Shown here one piece after another: positions 38,535 to 49,999 of a stretch of DNA of 64,000 nucleotides. Within the stretch, counting starts at the first letter, position 1, and the number at the start of each line of letters is the position of its first letter. A program made the translations under genes and the position numbers. Source of the stretch: Malacoraja senta. Its lineage: Eukaryota. The stretch spans positions 43,524,001-43,588,000 of the forward strand of contig CM075984.1 in NCBI GenBank assembly GCA_038087875.1, in the 5' to 3' direction. The notes below the pieces were generated by a model that was given only the letters and a program-made list of their open reading frames with translations, did not search any database and had not been told where the DNA came from.

Positions 38535-39160
38535 GGGAAAGGAAGAATTGACAAGGGAGTTACGGAGGGAGCGGTCTTTGCGGAAGGCAGACAGGGGGGG
38601 AGATGGGAAGATGTGGCGAGTGGTGGGGTCACGTTGGAGGTGGCGAAACTGGCGGAGGACTATTTGTTGTATGTGCCGGCTGGTGGGGTGAAAGGTGAGG
38701 ACCAGGGGAACTCTACCCTTGTTGCGAGTGGAGGGATGGCGAGAGAGGGCAGTGTTACAGGGTATGGAGGAGACCCTGGTGCGAGCCTCATCTATAGTGG
38801 GGGAGGGCAACCCCCGTTCCCCGAAGAATGAGGACATTTGTGATGCCCTGGTGTGGAACACCTCATCCTGGGAGCAGATGCGGCGTAGACGGAGGAATTG
38901 GGAATAGGGGATGGAGTCCTTACAGGAAGCAGGGTGGGAGGAAGAGTAGTCAAGATAACCGTGGGAGTCAGTGGGTTTATAGTGGATGTCGGTCAGAAGT
39001 CTATCTGCGATGGATATAGTGAGGTCAAGGAATGGTAGGGAAGTGTCGGAAATGGTCCAGGTGTATTTGAGTGCCGGATGGAAGTTGGTGGTGAAGCGGA
39101 TGAAGTCAGTCAGTTGTGTGTGGGTGCAGGAGGTGACACCAAAGCAATCGTCGATGTGTA
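38535..39160 (-). mobile_element. Penelope-like element RT/linker fragment
   Basis: FHTRASQMSSFF..RG.P...RVPLVLTFHPTS...PPLSAFRKDRSLRNSLV; upstream IDDCFG and FLDL motifs on the minus strand. Confidence 0.88.
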
Positions 39161-39794
39161 GTCATTCATTAGAATGGACTTCATTAGAATGGACATGAGT
39201 ACCACCACTAGGTAATCCCTATTAATTTCCAGTTTCTATATCCGTGCCAATAATGTCTATGGTGAAATTGTCACAGCCAGGACAAATTGCTAAATGCGAA
39301 ACAAAATAGTCTGGTGATGGAAACTTAAAAGCATGAAAACCATAAACTGCAACTTACTTTGTTAGTTAAGACACAAGAGACTGCAGATGCTGGAATCTTA
39401 AGCAGAAAATTAAGTGCGAGAGGAACTCAGTGGGTCAGGCAGCATCTGTGGAGGGAAATGGACAGACGACATTTCAGGTCTGGACCCTTCTGATGATAAT
39501 CTGAAGAAGGGTCTCGACCAATACATTGTCTGTCCATTTACCTCCGCAGACCTGCTGAGTGCCTCCAGCAGTTCGTTTTTTGTTCAAGGATTGCTAAATA
39601 CTAAACAACATAATCTCGGGAATGAAACTTAAAAGCATGAAATTCATACACTGCAACTTACTCTGCAAGTCTGCTTGATATTCTTGCAGTAATCCTGTTG
39701 CTTCCATCAATATTTAATGCAAATTGTTGGATTATTTTGCTTGACCCAGAAAATGATATGTACATTTTGTTGCAGTTTCATTCCCAGCAGTTTA

Positions 39795-40072
39795 CTTCAG
39801 TTTAGAAATACAGCGTGGAAACAGGCCCTTCGGCCCATCGGGTCCGCGCCGACCAGTGATCAACCATACACTAGTAATGTCCTGTAGACTGGGGACAATT
39901 TACAATTTTTACCGAAGCCAAATTAACCTGCAAACCTGTACGTCTTTGGAGTGTGGGAGGAAACCAGAGCACCCGGGGAAAACATGCAAACTCTGTACAA
40001 ACAACACCCTTCGTCGGGATCGAACCCGGGTCTCTGGCGCTGTAAGGCAGCAGCTCCATCGTTGCGCCATCG
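39795..40072 (-). mobile_element. tRNA-derived SINE (HE1-like)
   Basis: Minus strand gatggcgcaacgatggagctgctgccttacagcgccagagacccgggttcgatccc (B box), with a CR1-like tail gatgggccgaagggcctgtttcc. Confidence 0.85.
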
Positions 40073-40164
40073 TTCCGACCCTAATCAAGTAAATCAAGCT
40101 GACTTGAATTCCCTTTATCCAAGTCTCTTTATACTGGCATCTCCCCGTTTCATTCTCAATTGAT

Positions 40165-40428
40165 AGAGAAAAAACTTTTTTCACACAGAGAGTGGTGAAT
40201 CTCTGGAACTCTCTGCCACAGAACGTAGTTGAGGCCAGTTCATTGGCTATATTTAAGAGGGAGTTAGATGTGGCCCTTGTGGCTAAAGGGATCAGGGGGT
40301 ATGGAGAGAAGGCAGCTACGGGATACTGAGTTGGATGATCAGCCATGATCATATTGAATGGCGGTGCAGGCTCGAAGGGCCGAATGGCCTACTCCTGCAC
40401 CTATTTTCTATGTTTTCTATGTTTCTAT
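40165..40428 (+). mobile_element. Young CR1/HER1 3' end
   Basis: Nearly identical to the reverse complement of 8900-9140; (ttctatgt)n tail. Confidence 0.9.
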
Positions 40429-41618
40429 GATAGATTAAGAGTTTCCACCTGAACTGTCGACAAATTATTCACCTCCCTTACTCCAAAGACACTGCTCAAT
40501 CTGCTGTGTTCCTCCAGCAGATTGTTTGTAGCTGTAATTTTATTAGTTGGTAGAACACAGAGATCTGTTTTGATCTAGTGCAATCAAAACTAAATTGTGT
40601 TAAAAGTTGATCCCATATTAATACTATCACCGAAAGTGAAGGGGGTAAAGCTTGTGGGTTAGGGCTAGTTGATGATAAGATTCAAATACTTATACAGCGA
40701 GGGGGTTTATTTGAGAGTGAAGAAACAGTTCAGAAACAGTTAGACAGGTACGTGGATTGGGTAGGTTTAGAGGGATATGGGACCAAACGCAGGTAGGTGG
40801 GACAAGTGTAACTGGGACATGTGACCGGTATGGGCAAGTTGGGCCAATGGGCCTGTTTCCACGGTGTATGACTGTGACTCTATGAAGGAAGGGAAAGAAT
40901 TGCAGGCCGTGGTTGGAGCGATCCCAGGCAATTGATCGGCTCCGATGTTAAGTCCACGCCCCGCGGATGGGCTCAAAGTCAGTTCGAGGAAGTCTCCAGT
41001 TCCATCAATGTTAGGCCGCAGAGCGACCGGAGATGCGACCTGGAAAACAATCGCATCTCCGGCAAGGTAAGAGACTGAAAAAAAGTTTCCCCCGAACCTC
41101 ACCCTCCACATAAAACAAACCGGAGAACATTTACACAAACTTTAAAAACACGCTAAAAATAAAAACTTTACTATGCATTTTACAGAAATCTCTGGGGTCA
41201 AGGAAAGAGCGATCACTTCGCGGCCCACATCACATACCAGGAATTTTCCTTGGTGGCAACCATTCTGCACAACCCTGACCACAACCCTAATTCAACACCA
41301 AATCAATTGGATTTTGCACTACTATGATTAATCTATGTACATTTGGGTGTTTTTTGCACTATCGATTTATTAGTAATTTTGAATAATTGATAATCTATTA
41401 CATATTTATTTGGTTTTGCTTTTGTGGTTCACATGTCTGTAAAGTTGCAGCAAGTAGAGCTTTCATTGTTCTGAAGATAGATACAAAATGCTGGAGTAAC
41501 TCAGCCGGACAGCATTTTGTGTCTTTCTTCGGTGTATACCAGCATCTGAATTCATTGCTCCTTTACATATCCAGTGCATTCTTGAATTTTGAATCTTGAA
41601 GTTTTCAGATATTTCTGT

Positions 41619-41789
41619 CTTCTTCTTATCAAGTCCACATCATAAGATTAGAAATTGTTCAGCCAGAGCTGAACACACTTCTTGGCATCTGCAAACAGTT
41701 GTGTCTTGCGCTTCTTGTGCTTCTTGTGCGTGGTGGTAGAAAGATTGGTGGAAACAGGGCCGCGACGTGAACGCTCTTTCCTTAACCCC
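41619..41789 (-). mobile_element. 171-bp ribozyme-headed short retroposon (family A), copy 1
   Basis: TSD cagatatttctgt at 41606-41618 and 41789-41801; minus-strand tail gat(aag)3; 5' end is an HDV-like fold. Confidence 0.88.
41738..41789 (-). ncRNA. Minimal CPEB3/HDV-like ribozyme (predicted), copy 1
   Basis: P1 GGGGUU/GGCCCU, P2 GGAAAGA/UCUUUCU, P3 GCG/CGC, L3 UUCACGU, GU, UUCCA in place of P4, J4/2 CCAA with catalytic C at 41748. Confidence 0.82.
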
Positions 41790-42427
41790 AGATATTTCTG
41801 TAAAATGCATAGTAAATTGTGTAGACACAAAAAGCTAGTTTGTAGCTAGTTTGAGTAACTCAGCGGGACAGGCAGCATCTCTGGAGAGAAGGAACGGGTG
41901 ACGTTTTGGGTCGAGACCCTTCTTCAGATCTAGAAATTGTGTAGATGGCCGTAGAAAATTAGGAAGGGACATGGTCAGATTAAGTGAGTATGCAAAATTA
42001 TGACAACGTTCTAAAGAAATATATTGAATTCCACGTTGTATTCAAGAAAGATGACAGGGAATTTCCTTCACGAAGTTCAAGAGTAGTAAGCAGCAAAGGA
42101 ATTTGAAACCACTGAAACCTCTCAGGTTGTACTCACAAGAGATAATTTGGCGATTGCAATTATTGCAGGTCTTATGTAAAACCAATTTGAGTAAATGCTG
42201 CCTCAGGCATAAAGGACCTGGTTTGGTTACAGGGAGAGATTTACATTCAGTTCTTAGCATTACACCTAAGGGAAGAACTGTTCGGAGGGGGATAGACACA
42301 AAATGCTGGAGTAACTCAGCGGGTTTTGCAGCATCTCTGGAGAAAAGGAATAGGCGACGTTTTGGGCCAGACACTTCTTCAGACTAACCTTGGAGGATTG
42401 ATCTTGGAAGGGGTGCAGATATCCCAA

Positions 42428-42627
42428 TGTTAATTCTGGCTAAAACAGAGCAGCCATAGCACCAAAATTTAGTGAGGACTTATGTACTGTTAGACCATTT
42501 TGGTCAAGTTTGATGTGCTCTGCAGAAGTAAGACAAGCTGCTGAATGGTGTCAGCAAGTCTGGGGATCAGATCAGTGTTGCAGAGAATGAATTAGACATC
42601 TGTAGAGTTCTTACAATGTGTAAAATG
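42428..42627 (+). repeat. Extra 200-bp copy of the ERV LTR U3 5' end
   Basis: tgttaattctggctaaaacagagcagcc...tgtgtaaaatg, truncated at the duplication junction. Confidence 0.92.
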
Positions 42628-43574
42628 ATGATAAGATTCAAATACTTATACAGCGAGGGGGTTTATTTGAGAGTGAAGAAACAGTTCAGAAACAGTTAGA
42701 CAGGTACATGGATTGGGTAGGTTTAGAGGGATATGGGACCAAACGCAGGTAGGTGGGACAAGTGTAACTGGGACATGTGACCGGTATGGGCAAGTTGGGC
42801 CAATGGGCCTGTTTCCACGGTGTATGACTGTGACTCTATGAAGGAAGGGAAAGAATTGCAGGCTGTGGTTGGAGCGATCCCAGGCAATTGATCGGCTCCG
42901 ATGTTAAGTCCACGCCCCGCGGATGGGCTCAAAGTCAGTTCGAGGAAGTCTCCAGTTCCATCAATGTTCGGCCGCAGAGCGACCGGAGATGCGACCTGGA
43001 AAACAATCGCATCTCCGGCAAGGTAAGAGACTGAAAAAAAGTTTCCCCCGAACCTCACCCTCCACATAAAACAAACCGGAGAACATTTACACAAACTTTA
43101 AAAACACGCTAAAAATAAAAACTTTACTATGCATTTTACAGAAATCTCTGGGGTCAAGGAAAGAGCGATCACTTCGCGGCCCACATCACATACCAGGAAT
43201 TTTCCTTGGTGGCAACCATTCTGCACAACCCTGACCACAACCCTAATTCAACACCAAATCAATTGGATTTTGCACTACTAAGATTAATCTATGTACATTT
43301 GGGTGTTTTTTGCACTATCGATTTATTAGTAATTTTGAATAATTGATAATCTATTACATATTTATTTGGTTTTGCTTTTGTGGTTCACATGTCTGTAAAG
43401 TTGCAGCAAGTAGAGCTTTCATTGTTCCGAAGATAGATACAAAATGCTGGAGTAACTCAGCCGGACAGCATTTTGTGTCTTTCTTCGGTGTATACCAGCA
43501 TCTGAATTCATTGCTCCTTTACATATCCAGTGCATTCTTGAATTTTGAATCTTGAAGTTTTCAGATATTTCTGT

Positions 43575-43745
43575 CTTCTTCTTATCAAGTCCACATCATA
43601 AGATTAGAAATTGTTCAGCCAGAGCTGAACACACTTCTTGGCATCTGCAAACAGTTGTGTCTTGCGCTTCTTGTGCTTCTTGTGCGTGGTGGTAGAAAGA
43701 TTGGTGGAAACAGGGCCGCGACGTGAACGCTCTTTCCTTAACCCC
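43575..43745 (-). mobile_element. Family A ribozyme-headed retroposon, copy 2 (made by the tandem duplication)
   Basis: Identical to 41619-41789 with the same flanks. Confidence 0.88.
43694..43745 (-). ncRNA. Minimal CPEB3/HDV-like ribozyme (predicted), copy 2
   Basis: Same sequence as 41738-41789. Confidence 0.82.
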
Positions 43746-44383
43746 AGATATTTCTGTAAAATGCATAGTAAATTGTGTAGACACAAAAAGCTAGTTTGTA
43801 GCTAGTTTGAGTAACTCAGCGGGACAGGCAGCATCTCTGGAGAGAAGGAACGGGTGACGTTTTGGGTCGAGACCCTTCTTCAGATCTAGAAATTGTGTAG
43901 ATGGCCGTAGAAAATTAGGAAGGGACATGGTCAGATTAAGTGAGTATGCAAAATTATGACAACGTTCTAAAGAAATATATTGAATTCCACGTTGTATTCA
44001 AGAAAGATGACAGGGAATTTCCTTCACGAAGTTCAAGAGTAGTAAGCAGCAAAGGAATTTGAAACCACTGAAACCTCTCAGGTTGTACTCACAAGAGATA
44101 ATTTGGCGATTGCAATTATTGCAGGTCTTATGTAAAACCAATTTGAGTAAATGCTGCCTCAGGCATAAAGGACCTGGTTTGGTTACAGGGAGAGATTTAC
44201 ATTCAGTTCTTAGCATTACACCTAAGGGAAGAACTGTTCGGAGGGGGATAGACACAAAATGCTGGAGTAACTCAGCGGGTTTTGCAGCATCTCTGGAGAA
44301 AAGGAATAGGCGACGTTTTGGGCCAGACACTTCTTCAGACTAACCTTGGAGGATTGATCTTGGAAGGGGTGCAGATATCCCAA

Positions 44384-45182
44384 TGTTAATTCTGGCTAAA
44401 ACAGAGCAGCCATAGCACCAACATTTAGTGAGGACTTATGTACTGTTAGACCATTTTGGTCAAGTTTGATGTGCTCTGCAGAAGTAAGACAAGCTGCTGA
44501 ATGGTGTCAGCAAGTCTGGGGATCAGATCAGTGTTGCAGAGAATGAATTAGACATCTGTAGAGTTCTTACAATGTGTAAAATGCATAGCGTCGATTGGAT
44601 CAATGCAAACTAAGTGTACATAGTATAAATAATGTTGCGGGACGGTTACCCTGTTAATTGTTGATTGGTTTAAATGTTGACCCAATTAATTGTTGATTGG
44701 TTGAAATGTTGAGCCTTGGAGGAACTGTTCGAATCCCAGGGAAAAAGTTGCACTATTCATTTGTGTTGGCTTCCTTCTGGAAGCTTCTTTCAAATACAAT
44801 GTATTTAAGATTATGTTATTGGGCTGGGGAGTTGTCAATTATATAGTGTTGTAATTAATATGTTTGATTGGATTGTACAGAGACCACCTCCATGTAGGTC
44901 GGCCCCTCAAGGTTCGGGGACCTATAAAAGGCAGCCTCCACGGTGTCCTTTGTCGATCTTCTGGAAGAGTGCTTGGGACTGCGTGACCTTTTGTAGTGTC
45001 TCTGCTTGCACGAGGCTAGAGGGCTTGGCCAAGCAGATACAAGGATCGAACCCGCGGTGGTTTAGGTATTGTATAGGGGAATTTGTTGTGTTATCCAAAA
45101 ATAAAGTTTAGTTCAAGTGCTTCAATCAGTATTTTATTGACTGAACTAGACTGGGGGGAAGCTTAGAAAGAGCATATTTACA
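44384..45182 (+). repeat. 5' LTR (799 bp)
   Basis: tgttaa...tttaca; TATA-like ctataaaagg near 44922; aataaa near 45100. Confidence 0.93.
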
Positions 45183-45183
45183 T

Positions 45184-45201
45184 TGGGGGCTCGTCCGGAA
45201 T
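45184..45201 (+). other. Primer binding site, tRNA-Pro
   Basis: tgggggctcgtccggaat, one mismatch from the canonical TGGGGGCTCGTCCGGGAT, 1 nt after the LTR. Confidence 0.92.
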
Positions 45202-46561
45202 CTCAACTGACCCCCAAACGCAAGCTTGCGATTAAGGGTGTTGAGCTGTTCCCGATTGCGAGTGCAGAAATCGGCGCCACAGTGCGGTTTTCGTATCGAT
45301 TTTCGTCACTTTGCTAATCGGAGCAGATCGATCATTTGCGGGCTTGGGAAATGGTCCCAACGAGATCGTACGAGTGGGTTAAAGGCCCATAAAACTAGGG
45401 TTGGGTTAGAGGCCCTCTCCTTTGGGTTAGAGGCCCGTAAAACTCGGGCTAGAGGCCCAGCCCAGAATTGGATATCCGATTGACGGGATATTTAAAGACA
45501 AAACTGGGTTTAAGCAGTGCTAAGTGGCAAAGTACTGCGTCGTTGCTGGTGCTGCAGATTAGAAAGGCACGCATCGACTGCCAGCGTGAAGAGGTTACGC
45601 GCTGATACACGATACTTAGCAGGTAAGAAGGGAAACCCCTTGCAAGGGTGTACCTAGGTGGGTTAAAATCCCCGCCTGTGTGAGATATCTGGATCCCTGT
45701 AATACGGAGGAAGGAGTCTCGAAAGGTATCGGGAACTCAGTGGTTAAAGTATAAATTGGTCCAAAAATACTTTAATCAATCTGAAAATTTCATATCCCTA
45801 GAGACGTTCCGTACAAATTTTGAATTTGAACGCGTCAAAATATCAATTGGATAAAGACTAATGAACTAAAAATTCTCCGATTCAAATTCAATAATATTCG
45901 GTATCTCATATTGAGGTGCTGGTTAATTCCGAATGTATATATCTTTCTTTCCAAGTTAACTTGTGTACAAATACCTTGTAAAGACTTGTTAATAATTAAA
46001 ATTTGTAAATATACCTTTCAAAAGTATATTTAAAAATGTGAATCGATTTCGATTTGATGTGTATAGATTTCTCTCCAGATTAACCTGGGCATAATAAAAC
46101 TGAAGTAGTAGTTATAGTGTATTAAGATTGCCGGTATTGCATTGTATTTACTGTGTACTGAGTATTGTTTATGATTTAAATTTTGAATGTTAGATACACT
46201 GTTGTGATATTGGTTTGAATCGGCTGTAGAGATAAATAGTTGATTAAGACTACTATTGTAATTGGAGTCCGAATCACGGCTGATCAACCAGGAGTTCGTA
46301 CCCCCTCTGATCGATTGTTGATTAGTACCTGATAACGAAGAGCAACTGAGAAAAGGGAAACTGATTTTTTTTAGTAAAAAGTAACTGGACGGGAAAAAGT
46401 ATCCCTAAGTCTGAGAACTTAGAGTGGAGGGAAAGGTCCCCCAATAGAAGTCTGAGGCTGCAAATAGAGAGAGGAAAAGTATCTGAAGGTGAAAAGTAGC
46501 TAATTAAGAAGTAGTACTCCTCAGCAAAGAGTACCCTAGGAAGGGGAAAGTCTTCGGTATT

Positions 46562-46780
46562 GAAGTCAAGTCACATTTATTTATATAGCACATTTAAAAA
46601 ATAACTCTCGTTGGCCAAAGTGCTTTACATTTGTTATAAGAATAATATAAACCAACAAACTACATACATATATACATATAGCCCTCGCTCAGAGGATGTC
46701 AAGAAAGGCTTGGGAGTATAGATACGTTTTTAGTCTTGACATAAAGGAGTCGATGGAGGGGGCAGTTCTGTGGGAGAGGT
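46562..46780 (-). mobile_element. L2-type LINE 3' end inserted in the ERV leader
   Basis: aagtcaagtcacatttatttatatagcac...aaagtgctttaca...gatacgtttttagtcttgac is typical of fish L2 3' ends. Confidence 0.7.
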
Positions 46781-47311
46781 TCACTGGTTGATAGCAGCGT
46801 GACGCGGGATTGAAATATTGTGATTTGCTTTTGGAACTGTACAGTTACTGAATGCGATATTAGACGAATGATTGGTTTATGTAGGAGTGTGGTTGTGCAA
46901 GATAATAATAAGTGGTGTGATTTCTTGTTTGTTGCTTGCGTGTTTGGAGCTCATTTTCATGTGTTTCGATTGAGGGTTCTCTAGGTATAGGAAACAGGCT
47001 GCGGGAAAGTGTTTGATTGTGCTCGACTGTGTTTGATTGTTCCCTGGAGCACCTTGATCTTTAGATGACTGAGGATTGTGGAAACTGCAAGGTTGAAAGA
47101 GTGTGGACTTGTGGGAGATAGGAGAAGAATTTGAATAGTAGATTGGAAGGATTGACTGTGCAAATGAGTGAAGAGGTGGGAGGCTGCTAACGCTTCGTAG
47201 CCATAAGCCACTGTTCAGGAGCGAGCTTGATAACTTTAGAGATCGAAAGGGAGGAGTGAATTATTGGAAAGGTGTGAAGGACTTAGGAATTTGTTTCGGT
47301 TGTCCGGGGGC

Positions 47312-49728
47312 ATGGGGAACAGCCTATACCCATATATGACAGAAGATGCTAGGAGCCCATTGCAAATAATATGCAATGAGTTCCCACACAAGGCAGAGAA
47401 ATTAAGAAAATTGTCGTGAGCGCTAAATAAGAAATTAGGAAACAAACTATGGCTGCCAGGAGGCATTAGAACAGTAAAAGGGATAAAGTACATAGAACAA
47501 ATCATTTGGCAGCAATAGTGAGAGTGTAAAGGAATTAATAGGATTCTGGAAGAAATATTATGAGGAATGAAAGGCGAATAAAGAAGTTAGGTGGATGGCG
47601 AGTTGGGAAAAGTCGATTTCTAAACTTGGAATAGAACTGAAAGAAGGTGAAGTAGATCAACCTCCAGGCAGTAGGAAGGAAAGGGGTAGAGATGAATGAA
47701 AGCACAAGGAACAGGGAAGAGGTAGATCTCCTGAAAGGAAACTAGTCCCTGTAAATTTAAAGTATAGAGATCCGATGGTTAGTGTTGACTTCGAGGAGGA
47801 AGAAGATGAATATTTGGAAGATTGGACAAATGTTAACACTAGTGGAAATTTGCAGCTCTCACCATGTTCCTCGTGCGTTCCCCAGGCTTCACTTACACCA
47901 TGTATGACTTGTGTCCATAATAAATATCTCAGGTCTGCAAAACCTATAACAACTTCTGCAGATTCCACGTCAGAACATACTCTACCGATAGCAGCGGCTG
48001 GGGTGCCAGATTCTTTGACTATATCTACTCCACCATTAATAGATCGGCCAGTAGCTTATGGCACCAGGAGTAGAACGAAGAGGTTAGCCCCGGTATTTAA
48101 AGAAAAGGAAGGTAGGATAGATATAGTGCAACTGCCAGAATAATTCTGCGAGCCACATCCTAGACAAATTAGACGAGTAGCGAGAAAGAGGAACAAATTA
48201 TTTAGACAGTATCAGGAACCCCCTAGTGAACGGGAAGATTCATCTGAGGGTGAGACAGTAATTGAAGATACCGAGATAGATTTTGATGTAACCGAAAGTC
48301 TACAAATTGAACAGATATCCCATAGACAGTTCCCAGTTAGGGAAGGGATGAATCCTGCCTATGATTCGACCAGCGCAGTGGGTGTAAATAATCCCCGCAC
48401 CACAGATGTCCATACTCCATGGAAGCCCCATGAAATAATAGCAGTTTGTGCTAAACAAAATCCCTGATAGAAAGAAGTCACCTGCTGCCTTTATAGATTA
48501 TTTAAGAACCACAGTGCGTGTATATCATGCAGACTCCTGAGACCTATGGGCGACTATACAACAAATAATTACTCCAGCTGAAAACACCAAATTTCAAGCA
48601 GCCCTAGGACACCCAACATATGAAGCATTGGCAAACATAATAGTGGATGATAGTGCAAGAGAAGAGGCTGTTTTAACGGCCCTTGCAAACACTCTTCAAA
48701 AGCCAATTGATTTAACACGAATTCTGGAGATAAAACTAAAAAAGGGAGAGGGAGTGGATGAATCTTTAGAACGATTCTCAAGATTATACATGGACCAATC
48801 AGTTGATTTAAACTATCAAAATGGAGTGAGTTCCCCACAATATTGTGCCATCTTATTGAATTGTCTCCCCACTACAGTAGCTGACTCAATTAAGACTGAT
48901 AACAGGGAATGGTCTGAGAACCGCGCCAGTCAAATGGCCAGAGCTGTGAGGCACTATTGGAAGGATGGTAGCAAACAGGAAGATTATCCTGTAACCAAAA
49001 GAGAAACTGAACGTATAGTTAAGAAGGAGGGACCAAGCTCTGGCTCAGGACCATGCAGTCCTCAAATGTTAGTAAGGAATGGAATGGGAGAAATTAGAGT
49101 CCCAAACTACCCAGATTATTATTACAATTATACTCCCAATTTACAACCAATTCTACTGGAACCAAGCGGTAAAATAAATTCAACCACATTACCTAATCAA
49201 TGTTATACTTGTGGGGGAATGGAACACTGGAGTCGAGCCTGTCCGACAAGGGAGCGAGTGAGAGAGACGGGTCAAGGAAAGAAGTTCCAGGATCATGAGG
49301 AAATTCGGGAACCTAGAAATATCCAAGATAATTATAGGAGTTCCTTCAATTCAAGAGACTACTGGGACCCGAGAAAACAGAGAGAGAGCTGGCCAGAATG
49401 TCAGGAACCAAGAAGACACATACCGTTTACTCAAACTAACCCATTCTCTCAGTCCTGACTTAACAACCCGTCCAGGAATTGTGGACTTGGTAATATGACC
49501 TCTACCCTAGAACCCACTCAAGTAATTTACCAGAATGAAAGAATTGGATGTACTATCATAGTAAAAACTGAAGATCACATAAGTAAAAATTGTAAGCAAT
49601 TCTATAACTGTCCAATAAAAACCCATAAAGCAAAGAACTCTGATAATCTAGGAGCTGGTTGTATCTGTAAACAATTAGGTTATTGGAGTAAAGAATGCCC
49701 AGCCAGAAGGAAGAATATAGCAGAGTGA
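47312..49728 (+). pseudogene. gag: ERV gag, interrupted by stops and frameshifts
   Basis: Starts MGNS (myristoylation-type) at 47312; capsid-like 48628-49458 with MHR-like IKLKKGEGVDESLERF; CYTCGGMEHWSRAC knuckle; second degenerate knuckle ICKQLGYWSKECP. Confidence 0.8.
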
Positions 49729-49999
49729 AGTTGATATCAAGGAGCAATAAAGAAATTAAGAAAAGGAACACAGTAGCTGGTGTCAAAAGAAAACGAAATG
49801 AATTGAAGGGAACTCAGATTGGCACTAGGGAAAGTATAAATTAATTTATTGTGCAGGATGTGTAGGAGTAAGGAATAGGAGCAATTGTATACTTGATTAA
49901 TAACTTGTCATTAAGTTGTTGTGCCTCCAGGACACATACAACACGCCGTTATCTGGAGAGTGAGGTAAAAGAGTATGTGGACCCTCAAGAACGGGCAGA

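Larger units (their letters stand above)
40670..44583. repeat. Tandem duplication of a 1956-bp unit
   Basis: 40670-42627 recurs at 42626-44583 (ORF track offset is exactly 1956); TG microhomology at the junction; about six substitutions seen by eye. Confidence 0.97.

Noticed and set aside
41648-41830. Apparent terminal exon of an upstream gene (ttttacag acceptor, KYLGLRKERSRRG...QLWLNNF)
   Set aside because: The acceptor is part of the TSD flank, and the frame runs through the ribozyme of a TSD-bounded retroposon.
47840-47910. UCCUCGU loop suggestive of an HDV-like ribozyme inside gag
   Set aside because: P1 and P2 cannot be formed; chance match.
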